A stretch of DNA of 60,905 bases, counting the filler. It is 6 parts of 6 records of this genome, joined end to end, with 100 filler letters (N's around TTAATTAATTAA, not from the genome) between each part and the next. Parts side by side here need not be neighbours in the genome. Positions count along the whole stretch, not along the records: positions 51,911 to 60,905 come from SRR31156797_17956; 5 more parts are not named here. One strand, 5' to 3'. Shown here piece by piece: positions 53,177-60,905 of this stretch. Below the pieces are notes generated by a model. That model did not search any database. It saw only the letters and a list, made by a program, of their open reading frames with translations, and had not been told where the DNA came from. The translations under genes and the position numbers were made by a program. Within the stretch, counting starts at the first letter, position 1; every line of letters begins with the position of its first letter.

Positions 53177-54022
53177 ATGAAAAAAATGATATTACTTGCA
53201 TTTGTATGCTTTCTAGGTTTACAAATGACTTTCGCTCAAGACGTGATTTCTGTAAAAGAATTCTTAAAGATTAAAAAAGATGCTAATGTTGTATTGGTAA
53301 GCACACGTAAGGCTTCTGATTATGGTAAAGTTCATATTGATGGTGCTATTCATGTAAACCATAAGGATCTTTACAAGGCATCTCCAAAAAGTACCTTAAA
53401 ATCGACAGCCGAAATTGCAAAAATGCTAGGTGAAAAAGGGATTAGCAATACCAATAAAATTGTTCTTTACGATAATGGATCAGGTAAATATTCAGGTCGT
53501 GTATATTGGATCTTAAAATATATGGGTGCAAAGGATGTGAAGATTTTGGATGGACACATGAAAGCATGGAGAATGGCTCGAAAGCCAGTTACCAAAAATC
53601 CTGTTAAAAGAAAAGCTGCAACTTTTGCTGTGAATGTAAACAAAGGTGCTATTGCTAACATTGCACAAGTTAAGAAAGCAAGTAATAATGCAGCTTCTGT
53701 TATTGTTGATGTTCGTTCAGCTGATGAGTACAAAGGAATTAAAGAGTCGAAATTACCTAAGGGACATATTCCTTCGGCTATTAATCTTGAATTTAAAAAG
53801 GTACTTACAAATAGAAGTTTACTAAAATCGAAGGAAGACTTACAGACATTATTTACAGCTGCAGGGATTACAAAAGATAAAGAAGTAATTCTATACTGCG
53901 AATCTAGTGTTCGAGCTGGTATCGTTTATTTAGCTCTAAAATCAGCTTTAGGATATCCAAATGTGAAAGTATACGACGGAGCATTATTTGAGTGGACTGC
54001 TAGCGAAGTAGTTCAAAAGTAA
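53177..54022 (+). CDS. Secreted tandem-domain sulfurtransferase (rhodanese)
   Basis: Signal peptide, HIDGA, inactive N-domain (YD), GHIPSA, catalytic YCESSVRAG and VYDGALFEW. Confidence 0.92.
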   Translation: MKKMILLAFVCFLGLQMTFAQDVISVKEFLKIKKDANVVLVSTRKASDYGKVHIDGAIHVNHKDLYKASPKSTLKSTAEIAKMLGEKGISNTNKIVLYDNGSGKYSGRVYWILKYMGAKDVKILDGHMKAWRMARKPVTKNPVKRKAATFAVNVNKGAIANIAQVKKASNNAASVIVDVRSADEYKGIKESKLPKGHIPSAINLEFKKVLTNRSLLKSKEDLQTLFTAAGITKDKEVILYCESSVRAGIVYLALKSALGYPNVKVYDGALFEWTASEVVQK

Positions 54023-54221
54023 ATTCTTTTTTTCATAAATCTGAGTTCACATCCCTCTTTTACTGAGGGATATGAATTCAACTAACACTACTACTACAAT
54101 TACTCTCACCAGGTAATTATTGATTCGAGAGAATCATGTGTGAAATAGAGAAAACACAAAGAAAACCAACAAACTAATGTTTGTATACTAAGCATCAGTT
54201 CAATTTTAAAACATCAATCTG

Positions 54222-56453
54222 ATGAAGAAGTCAAGAAGAGAATTTATTAAGTTATCCGCTATTGGTGCCGGAGGTTTGGTGCTAGCCAATCCTTTATTAA
54301 ATGCCATGATTGGGCAGGTTAATGCGGCAGAAATGGATGCTTCAAAAATAAAGCGCTTCCCAACTTACTGCGAAGTTTGTTTCTGGAAGTGTGCCGGTTG
54401 GGTTTACACTGACGATAAAGGTGAAATCTGGAAGATTGAAGGTAACGAGGATGATCCGCATAGTAATGGTAGATTTTGCCCAAGAGGAACAGGTGGAATT
54501 GGCATGTACAATGATCCGGATCGTTTGAAAACACCTTTAATGCGTGTTGAAGAGAATGGCAAGCAAACTTTTAAAGAAGTTAGCTGGGATAAGGCATTTC
54601 GCGTTATAGCGGAAAAAATGAATAAGATAAAAGAAGAAAGTGGAGCAGAAAGTCTTGCCTTGTTTAAGCATGGTTCGGGTGGAGCTCATTTCGGAAAACT
54701 CTTTAAAGCCTTCGGATCCAGAAATATTACCGCTCCTTCTTATGCTCAATGTAGAGGACCTCGTGAAGTAGGTTTCAAAACTACATTCGGTTCGAATATT
54801 AATTCGCCGGAACCTGTTGATTTGGAAAATACCAAGTGCTTGGTTCTGATAGGAAATCATATCGGAGAGAACATGCACAATTCTCACGTGCAGGAAATGT
54901 CAAAAGCGATTGATAGAGGAGCAACAATTATTACTGTTGATCCAAGATTATCGACTGCTGCAAGTAAATCGAAATATTGGTTGCCTATTAAACCAGCTAC
55001 TGATATTGCCTTGCTTTTGGCTTGGATGAATGTTATTGTTACTGAAGAATTATACGATAAAGCATATATAGAGCAATACGCTTACGGATTAGAAGATTTG
55101 CAAGCTCATGTTGCTGATAAAACGCCTGAATGGGCAGAAGAAATTACAACAATTAGTGCTGACGTAATTCGTCAGACAGCTAGAGAAATGGCATTCCATG
55201 CGCCTGCTACATTAATTCATCCGGGACGACATGTTACCTGGTATGGTGATGATACGCAGCGATTAAGAGCTATGGCAATGCTGAATGCATTATTGGGATC
55301 GTGGGGACGCGAAGGTGGTTTCTATTTCCCGGAAAAAGCAAAAATTCCATCTTATCCACACCCTGGATATCCATCGGCAAGTTGGACATGGAAAGATCAT
55401 TTGGATGGCAAATATGCGTTGGCAGGATCATCAATTGCGAATGTTTTTGTTGACATGTCTCATCCTGATAATGAATCGGATTATAAGATAAAAGGATGGT
55501 TTGTTGTTGGAACCAATTTAATATCTACGATTCCAGATACTCCAAGAACTTTGGAAGCCATTCAAAATCTCGATTTATTGGTTGTTGTTGATACCATGCC
55601 GATGGAAATTACAGGCTATGCAGATATCATTCTACCGGAATGTACTTATCTGGAACGTTATGATGATATGCGTAGCTCTCCAAATAGAACGCCAAATGTT
55701 GCAGTAAGAATTCCTGCGGTGAAACCTAAATATCTTTCAAAACCTGCAGATTGGATTGTAAGAAAATTGTCTAAGAAATTGAAAATCTCAAGTCATTTTA
55801 AATATGAAAGCTACGGCGAGATTATTGATTGGCAACTGAAGCAAATGGGATCTTCTTTGGCTGAAATGAAAGAAAAAGGTGTTTTAAAATTGGATAGAAA
55901 AACACCAATGTTTATGGCTGAGGATGATTATCACGAATTTGGAACATCAACAGGAATGATTGAATTGTACTCCTTAGATCTTGAAATGGAAGGATTCGAT
56001 CCAATACCAAATTATACGCCGCATCCTGAGCCACCAAAAGGTTTTTACAGATTGAATTATGGTCGTGCACCAATGCATACATTTGGTAGAACGGTTAATA
56101 ATCCAAATCTAAATGAATTGATGAGTGAGAATAAACTTTGGGTGAATCCAAAAGTCGCTGCTGAAAATAATTTGGTGAACGATCAGGAAGTTTGGTTAAA
56201 GAACCAGGATGGAGTCATTTCTGATTTCCCGATAAAAGTTCGTGTAACAGAGAGAATAGGGAAAGATAATGTTTACATGATTCATGGATTTGGACGTGGA
56301 AATAAAAAATTAAAAAGATCTTTTGGAAAAGGAATTAGCGACTCTCAATTGATAACGAACGTTATGGTTGATCCTGTAATGGGAGGAACCGGAATGAGAG
56401 GAAACTTTGTAAGCTTTATAACAAATAAACCTGAAAGAGAGGTGATATCATGA
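54222..56453 (+). CDS. psrA: Polysulfide/thiosulfate reductase molybdopterin subunit (PsrA/PhsA)
   Basis: Tat motif SRREFIK, [4Fe-4S] CEVCFWKC...CPRG, Mo-Cys region APSYAQCRGPR and HPGRH. Confidence 0.85.
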   Translation: MKKSRREFIKLSAIGAGGLVLANPLLNAMIGQVNAAEMDASKIKRFPTYCEVCFWKCAGWVYTDDKGEIWKIEGNEDDPHSNGRFCPRGTGGIGMYNDPDRLKTPLMRVEENGKQTFKEVSWDKAFRVIAEKMNKIKEESGAESLALFKHGSGGAHFGKLFKAFGSRNITAPSYAQCRGPREVGFKTTFGSNINSPEPVDLENTKCLVLIGNHIGENMHNSHVQEMSKAIDRGATIITVDPRLSTAASKSKYWLPIKPATDIALLLAWMNVIVTEELYDKAYIEQYAYGLEDLQAHVADKTPEWAEEITTISADVIRQTAREMAFHAPATLIHPGRHVTWYGDDTQRLRAMAMLNALLGSWGREGGFYFPEKAKIPSYPHPGYPSASWTWKDHLDGKYALAGSSIANVFVDMSHPDNESDYKIKGWFVVGTNLISTIPDTPRTLEAIQNLDLLVVVDTMPMEITGYADIILPECTYLERYDDMRSSPNRTPNVAVRIPAVKPKYLSKPADWIVRKLSKKLKISSHFKYESYGEIIDWQLKQMGSSLAEMKEKGVLKLDRKTPMFMAEDDYHEFGTSTGMIELYSLDLEMEGFDPIPNYTPHPEPPKGFYRLNYGRAPMHTFGRTVNNPNLNELMSENKLWVNPKVAAENNLVNDQEVWLKNQDGVISDFPIKVRVTERIGKDNVYMIHGFGRGNKKLKRSFGKGISDSQLITNVMVDPVMGGTGMRGNFVSFITNKPEREVIS

Positions 56454-56983
56454 GATATGCAATGGTAATTGACACAAAAAAATGTGTTGGATGTAGTGAC
56501 TGTGTAGTTGCTTGTCAGAACGAAAATCGTGTGCCTATTGGATATTGCCGTGATTGGGTAGTTGAAAATGCCAAAGGGAAATTTCCGAATGTAAATATTG
56601 AATTGAGATCGGAGAGATGTAACCATTGTGAAAATTCACCTTGTGTAAGATGTTGCCCTACAGGGGCAAGTCATTACGAGGCGGGAGGAATTGTTAAAGT
56701 GACTCGCAATGAATGTATTGGATGCGGCGCTTGTGTTCAATCCTGTCCATACGATGCTCGTTACTCTCATCCTGATGGTTACGTTGATAAATGCACTTTC
56801 TGTATCCATAGAGTGAAGGAAGGTAAATCACCTTCTTGTGTATCGGTTTGTCCAACAGAATGCATGTATTTTGGAGATATCGATGACAAGGAAAGTAAGG
56901 TTTATCAGTTATTACAAAATAGAGATTGGAAAATATTGGCTCCCGAGGTGGGAACGAAGCCACATGTTTACTATCTGATATAA
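56450..56983 (+). CDS. psrB: 4Fe-4S electron transfer subunit (PsrB/NrfC)
   Basis: Four Cys clusters: CVGCSDC..AC, CNHC..PC..CCP, CIGCGAC..SCP and KCTFC...C..VCP. ATGA overlap with psrA. Confidence 0.9.
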   Translation: MRYAMVIDTKKCVGCSDCVVACQNENRVPIGYCRDWVVENAKGKFPNVNIELRSERCNHCENSPCVRCCPTGASHYEAGGIVKVTRNECIGCGACVQSCPYDARYSHPDGYVDKCTFCIHRVKEGKSPSCVSVCPTECMYFGDIDDKESKVYQLLQNRDWKILAPEVGTKPHVYYLI

Positions 56984-57140
56984 GATATTTAAGAAAATGA
57001 TTGTTCGCTGTATTCAAGTTGGTTGTTGTATTCAGTTGGCGATCAGGTTTAACAAGTTCAAGTTTTATATCGGGTTCCGTTTGTCAAGATTCTTTGCGCT
57101 GGGGTAATTTTGACAGACGGAATCCAAAAACAATCAAATT

Positions 57141-58082
57141 ATGAACGAAGAAATTATTGTAAGTGGAAGAATGAATTCCCATATTGATCCCGTTTTGGCA
57201 ATTTGGGGGTGGGAAATTCCATTGTATTTATTTTTAGGAGGATTGGCAGCAGGAATTATGTTTTTTGCAGCTTTATATACCATACTTGGTAGAGAGAAAG
57301 AGCTTCCTACAGCAGTTAGAAAAGCAACTTTTATTGTGCCGGCAATTTTAGTAATAGGATTATTTGCCTTATTCCTTGATTTGAAACACAAATTGTATTT
57401 CTGGCAATTGTATACAACTATTCGTATTGAATCTCCAATGTCATGGGGAGCCTGGATATTAATGTTAATTACACCACTTTCGATTGTTTGGTGTGTTTCT
57501 TATTGGCGTGATTTAGTGCCAAATTGGAAATTTAAGGTGGAATGGCTGGAGTTTATCGAAAAGCAGGTTAATGCTTATCGAAAGCCACTTGCATGGGTAA
57601 TGATCGTTTCCTCAGTAATTCTTGGAATTTACACAGGAATACTATTATCTGCTTTTAATGCGCGTCCGCTTTGGAATACTTCAATATTAGGACCATTGTT
57701 CCTGGTTTCAGGTTTATCAACAGGAGCTGCAGTAATCATGTGGATGTCAAAAGATCATTTGGAAAGAACATTATTCAGTAAGATTGATCTATTGTTGATT
57801 GGAATTGAAATATTCTTTATTATACACCTATTTATGGGCTTCATGGCAAGTAATGCCGCACAAATTGAAGCAGCTCAATTGTTTTTAGGTGGAGCTTATA
57901 CTCTTCCTTTTTGGGGTGGAGTTGTTGTTTTAGGTTTACTGATTCCGGCTATTCTCGAAATATTAGAATTGAGAGGTAGGAAAATACCTGTTGCTTTGCC
58001 AGCAATTTTAATTCTTTTTGGAGGGATAGTTTTCCGTTTTATAATGGTTGATGCCGGTCAGATAAGTAAGTATTTATATTAA
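57141..58082 (+). CDS. psrC: NrfD/PsrC membrane quinol-oxidising subunit
   Basis: WGWEIPLYLFLGGLAAG, SPMSWGAW, YTGILL...RPLWN and PLFLVSGLSTG. Confidence 0.9.
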   Translation: MNEEIIVSGRMNSHIDPVLAIWGWEIPLYLFLGGLAAGIMFFAALYTILGREKELPTAVRKATFIVPAILVIGLFALFLDLKHKLYFWQLYTTIRIESPMSWGAWILMLITPLSIVWCVSYWRDLVPNWKFKVEWLEFIEKQVNAYRKPLAWVMIVSSVILGIYTGILLSAFNARPLWNTSILGPLFLVSGLSTGAAVIMWMSKDHLERTLFSKIDLLLIGIEIFFIIHLFMGFMASNAAQIEAAQLFLGGAYTLPFWGGVVVLGLLIPAILEILELRGRKIPVALPAILILFGGIVFRFIMVDAGQISKYLY

Positions 58083-58135
58083 TGGAAATTGGTTTTTATT
58101 AATAGTAACCTAAACCAATTATTCGCGTAAGTTGT

Positions 58136-58167
58136 AAAGGATACATTAGGTTGTATCCTTTTTTTAT
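58136..58167 (+). terminator. Rho-independent terminator after psrC
   Basis: AAAGGATACA...TGTATCCTTT followed by a T-run. Confidence 0.75.
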
Positions 58168-58195
58168 TGCAAGTTTAATACAATTGTATTTTATT

Positions 58196-58567
58196 ATGGG
58201 TGAAGTCACGTACGATATCATTACTAAAAATGACTTGAAAGTTGTTATTCGAAAATTCAATGGTATTGTTGATGTGGAAGATGTATTGGATTCTTTTAAG
58301 TATATCCAAAAAGAAATGCTTGATGAAAAAGTGCTTGGAGTAGTAACTAATTTTGATGAGAGTGTAATGAATATCAACTTATCCCAACTTCAAGAAGTAA
58401 TTAAATACCTGAAAACGACTCCTGAATTTCATCAAGTTAAACTTGCAGTAGTTGTTAATTCTCCAGATAAAATTGTCATTCCTATGATGGCACAAGCAAA
58501 AACTGAAGAAGCAATAATAAAACCTTTTTCAAGCGAGAATGCAGCTGTCAATTGGATATTTGAGTAG
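58196..58567 (+). CDS. Hypothetical protein, STAS/SEC14 (SpoIIAA-like) fold candidate
   Basis: G.VDVED, KLAVVV.SP and PFSSENAAVNWI pattern. Confidence 0.55.
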   Translation: MGEVTYDIITKNDLKVVIRKFNGIVDVEDVLDSFKYIQKEMLDEKVLGVVTNFDESVMNINLSQLQEVIKYLKTTPEFHQVKLAVVVNSPDKIVIPMMAQAKTEEAIIKPFSSENAAVNWIFE

Positions 58568-58686
58568 TAAATATTATCTAATTGTCAGAACCCTAAATCA
58601 TTATTGATTCAAAATTTTTTGGAGGAAACTAGATTTCTGTTGTAACTTGGGTAAAAACGGATAGTTAAACCTAAGTTATTGTTGTT

Positions 58687-59274
58687 ATGGCTCCTAATAA
58701 AAAATTACCTGATGATGTGGATAAGAGGAGGGAAATTCTAAGTACGGCTTTAGAGATTTTTGTGAAGGAAGGATATTTTTCAACTACTGGAGCAAGTATA
58801 GCCAAAGCCATTGTTATTTCTGAGAAAGAACTTTTTTCTTATTTCGAGACCAAAGAAGATTTGTTACATACCATTGTTGAAGAGGCAGTTCATTTGCTAT
58901 TTGATGGTATAGATCCTAATGAAGATGGCGAACTGCAGGAAGTAGAATTGCTGTTTTTTATCAATGATTATTTTGATTCTGTAGAGAAGAATCTCAGATT
59001 CTTTAAGTTGTTTTATGCGCTTAGACTTCAGCCAGGAGTGGTTCCTTTATACAAACAAGAATTGGATGAAATTGTAAGCATGAAATTCGATGTGTTGAAT
59101 GAGTACTTTAGTCAGAGTGGTGCAGCCGATCCCGAAATGGAAACAGAGTTTTTAACTTCGATGTTGGAAGGTATTGCGATGAATTTTGTTCTGGAACCCG
59201 AAGGTTATCCTATTGATGCCATGCAACAAAAAGTATTGAATATGTATGTAACCAAAGCAGAATATGAAGAGTGA
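58687..59274 (+). CDS. TetR/AcrR family regulator
   Basis: REILSTALEIF..EGY.STT..IAK...FSYFETKEDL. Confidence 0.85.
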   Translation: MAPNKKLPDDVDKRREILSTALEIFVKEGYFSTTGASIAKAIVISEKELFSYFETKEDLLHTIVEEAVHLLFDGIDPNEDGELQEVELLFFINDYFDSVEKNLRFFKLFYALRLQPGVVPLYKQELDEIVSMKFDVLNEYFSQSGAADPEMETEFLTSMLEGIAMNFVLEPEGYPIDAMQQKVLNMYVTKAEYEE

Positions 59275-59304
59275 AATTTATTGTGAATGAGTAATTAAGA
59301 ATAC

Positions 59305-59337
59305 AAAAAATCCGATTCGTAATACGAATCGGATTTT
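59305..59337. terminator. Bidirectional terminator between tetR and the peptidase gene
   Basis: AAAATCCGATTCGTA-A-TACGAATCGGATTTT perfect hairpin with A/T tails. Confidence 0.8.
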
Positions 59338-59376
59338 ATATTTTGAGCAAATTAGCTTATTGCTAATCGCTATTTT

Positions 59377-60905
59377 TTATTTTAAACCACGTTTGATCAA
59401 TAAAGGATCAATGCTAGGCTCAGCACCTCTAAATTGCTTGTACAATTTCATAGGATCTTCAGTACCACCTTTTGCCAATACGTTATCGCGGAAAGCTTTA
59501 GCAGTTGCTTTATCGAATAAAGAAGTTTCTTTAAATGCCATAAATGCATCTGAATCTAAAACACCTGCCCAAATGTAAGCATAGTAACCAGCAGAATATC
59601 CACCAGCGAAAATGTGGTTGAAGTAAGTAGAACGGTATCTTGAGTAGATCTCGTCAATTAATCCAAGCTCACCTAAATAATTCTTTTCGAAAGTCATTAC
59701 ATCTTCAGTTAATTCTTCAGACATTGTATGATATTTCATATCTAATAAAGAAGCAGCAAGATATTCAACAGTAGCAAATCCCTGGTTGAATTTACCAGCA
59801 TTTTGAATTTTCTTCACCAATTCAGCAGGAATTACTTCACCAGTTTTGTAATGCTTCGCATAGATTGCTAACATTTCTGGTTCGAAGCACCAGTTTTCCA
59901 TAACCTGAGATGGAAGCTCAACAAAATCACGAGAAACAGAAGTTCCCGATAAGTAGTTGTACTCACACTTAGAAAGGAATCCGTGAAGAGCGTGACCGAA
60001 CTCGTGGAATAAAGTTTCAACTTCATCTGGAGTTAACAATGCAGGAGTATCTCCAACAGGTTTAGTAAAGTTACAGATGTTCAAGATAACTGGAGTAACA
60101 GGCTTAGCAGTTCCGAAACCTGATTGCTTACGGAATGAGCTCATCCAAGCACCACCACGCTTAGAAGCACGTGGGTGATAATCCAAATAGAAAATACCAA
60201 TGTGAGATCCATCAGCTTCTTGCAATTCGAAAACCTGGTTTGCAGGATTGAATTTAGCGATATCGTTACGTTCAACGAATTTGATACCATATAATTTAGT
60301 AGCTAAAGCAAAAGCACCATCACGAACATTGTTTATTTCGAAATATGGCTTTAACTCTTCTTCGTCCAAGTCGTATTTCGCTTTCTTTACTTTGTCAGCA
60401 TAGTACCACCAGTCCCAAGAAGCAAGCTTGAATTTGCCACCTTCTTTAGCAATCATTTTTTGCATTTCCTTCACTTCTTTCTTAGCGTTAGGAAGAGCAG
60501 CTTTCCAAAGTTTATTTAATAATTCAAATGCTTTTTCAGGAGTTTTAGCCATGTTCTTTTCAAGAACGTATTCTGCATGGTTGTTGTAACCAAACAATTT
60601 AGCTCGCTGAATACGAAGATTTACAATCTTCTTAGCATTCTCTTTGTTATCGAATTCGTTGTTGTTGTTACCACGGTTTACGTAACCCATGTACAATTGC
60701 TTACGCAAGTCACGGTTATCAGCATACTGTAGGAAAGGCAACATACTTGGCTTTTGAGTTGTGAATAACCACTTGCCTTCTTTATCTGCAGCTTTTGCAG
60801 TTTCAGCAGCAGCAGCAATTACACCTTCTGGTAAACCTGCAAGATCTTTTTCGTTATCAATAACCAATTCGAAGTTGTTTGTTTCTTTCAAAACATTCTC
60901 GCCAA
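59377..60905 (-). CDS. M3 family metallopeptidase (peptidyl-dipeptidase Dcp), 5'-truncated
   Basis: KRGGAWM, FHEFGHALH, RDFVELPSQ and HIFAGGYSAGYYAY.W. Confidence 0.95.
   Translation of the reverse strand, partial: GENVLKETNNFELVIDNEKDLAGLPEGVIAAAAETAKAADKEGKWLFTTQKPSMLPFLQYADNRDLRKQLYMGYVNRGNNNNEFDNKENAKKIVNLRIQRAKLFGYNNHAEYVLEKNMAKTPEKAFELLNKLWKAALPNAKKEVKEMQKMIAKEGGKFKLASWDWWYYADKVKKAKYDLDEEELKPYFEINNVRDGAFALATKLYGIKFVERNDIAKFNPANQVFELQEADGSHIGIFYLDYHPRASKRGGAWMSSFRKQSGFGTAKPVTPVILNICNFTKPVGDTPALLTPDEVETLFHEFGHALHGFLSKCEYNYLSGTSVSRDFVELPSQVMENWCFEPEMLAIYAKHYKTGEVIPAELVKKIQNAGKFNQGFATVEYLAASLLDMKYHTMSEELTEDVMTFEKNYLGELGLIDEIYSRYRSTYFNHIFAGGYSAGYYAYIWAGVLDSDAFMAFKETSLFDKATAKAFRDNVLAKGGTEDPMKLYKQFRGAEPSIDPLLIKRGLK

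Noticed and set aside
54023-54221. Moco riboswitch upstream of psrA
   Set aside because: Only a simple hairpin is visible. I could not recognise the conserved Moco RNA motif elements, and an Rfam scan would be needed.
52070-58082. Selenocysteine recoding in the porin, rhodanese or PsrA
   Set aside because: No in-frame TGA interrupts these ORFs. The relevant positions are Cys codons.

Overview
This window is not one genome. It holds six unrelated contigs joined by five identical 100-nt artificial linkers (44 N + TTAATTAATTAA + 44 N). Taxonomy below is inferred from gene content and base composition only. (A) 1-11879, Desulfobacterales-like: a flagellin/protein glycosylation locus with a GT41/SPINDLY-type glycosyltransferase, an AT-rich divergent neuB-neuA cassette, pseB-pseC-(pseF remnant)-pseG/H-pseI-methylase, and a Maf-TPR protein. 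(B) 11980-22664, GC-rich Desulfobacteraceae-like: TonB receptor, glnK-amtB, Cache-GGDEF cyclase, and cobS-cobD-cbiB-cbiR-ridA. (C) 22765-31240, spirochaete-like: dksA, infA, and a MoxR/bat operon ending in an Smr gene. (D) 31341-42655, Arcobacteraceae-like: glucosylglycerate genes, a cytochrome c peroxidase paired with a DAHL-PAS-GGDEF-EAL sensor, fur/feoAB, a Bpt-type transferase and trpA. (E) 42756-51810, Clostridia-like: a LacI-regulated sugar ABC/esterase/epimerase/PPi-PFK operon and a transposase. (F) 51911-60905, Bacteroidota (Marinifilaceae-like): a Cys-loop porin, a secreted tandem rhodanese, psrABC, a TetR regulator and an M3 peptidase. The best candidates for new biology are three. 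First, the Bacteroidota porin-rhodanese-Psr sulfur relay, whose porin has a SoxY-like GGGCG motif in a predicted extracellular loop. Second, the remodelled nonulosonate locus, with an unannotated in-frame pseF deletion, an imported NeuB lacking the EKH metal-ligand His, and two classes of glycosyltransferase. Third, the peroxidase/DAHL c-di-GMP sensing pair.
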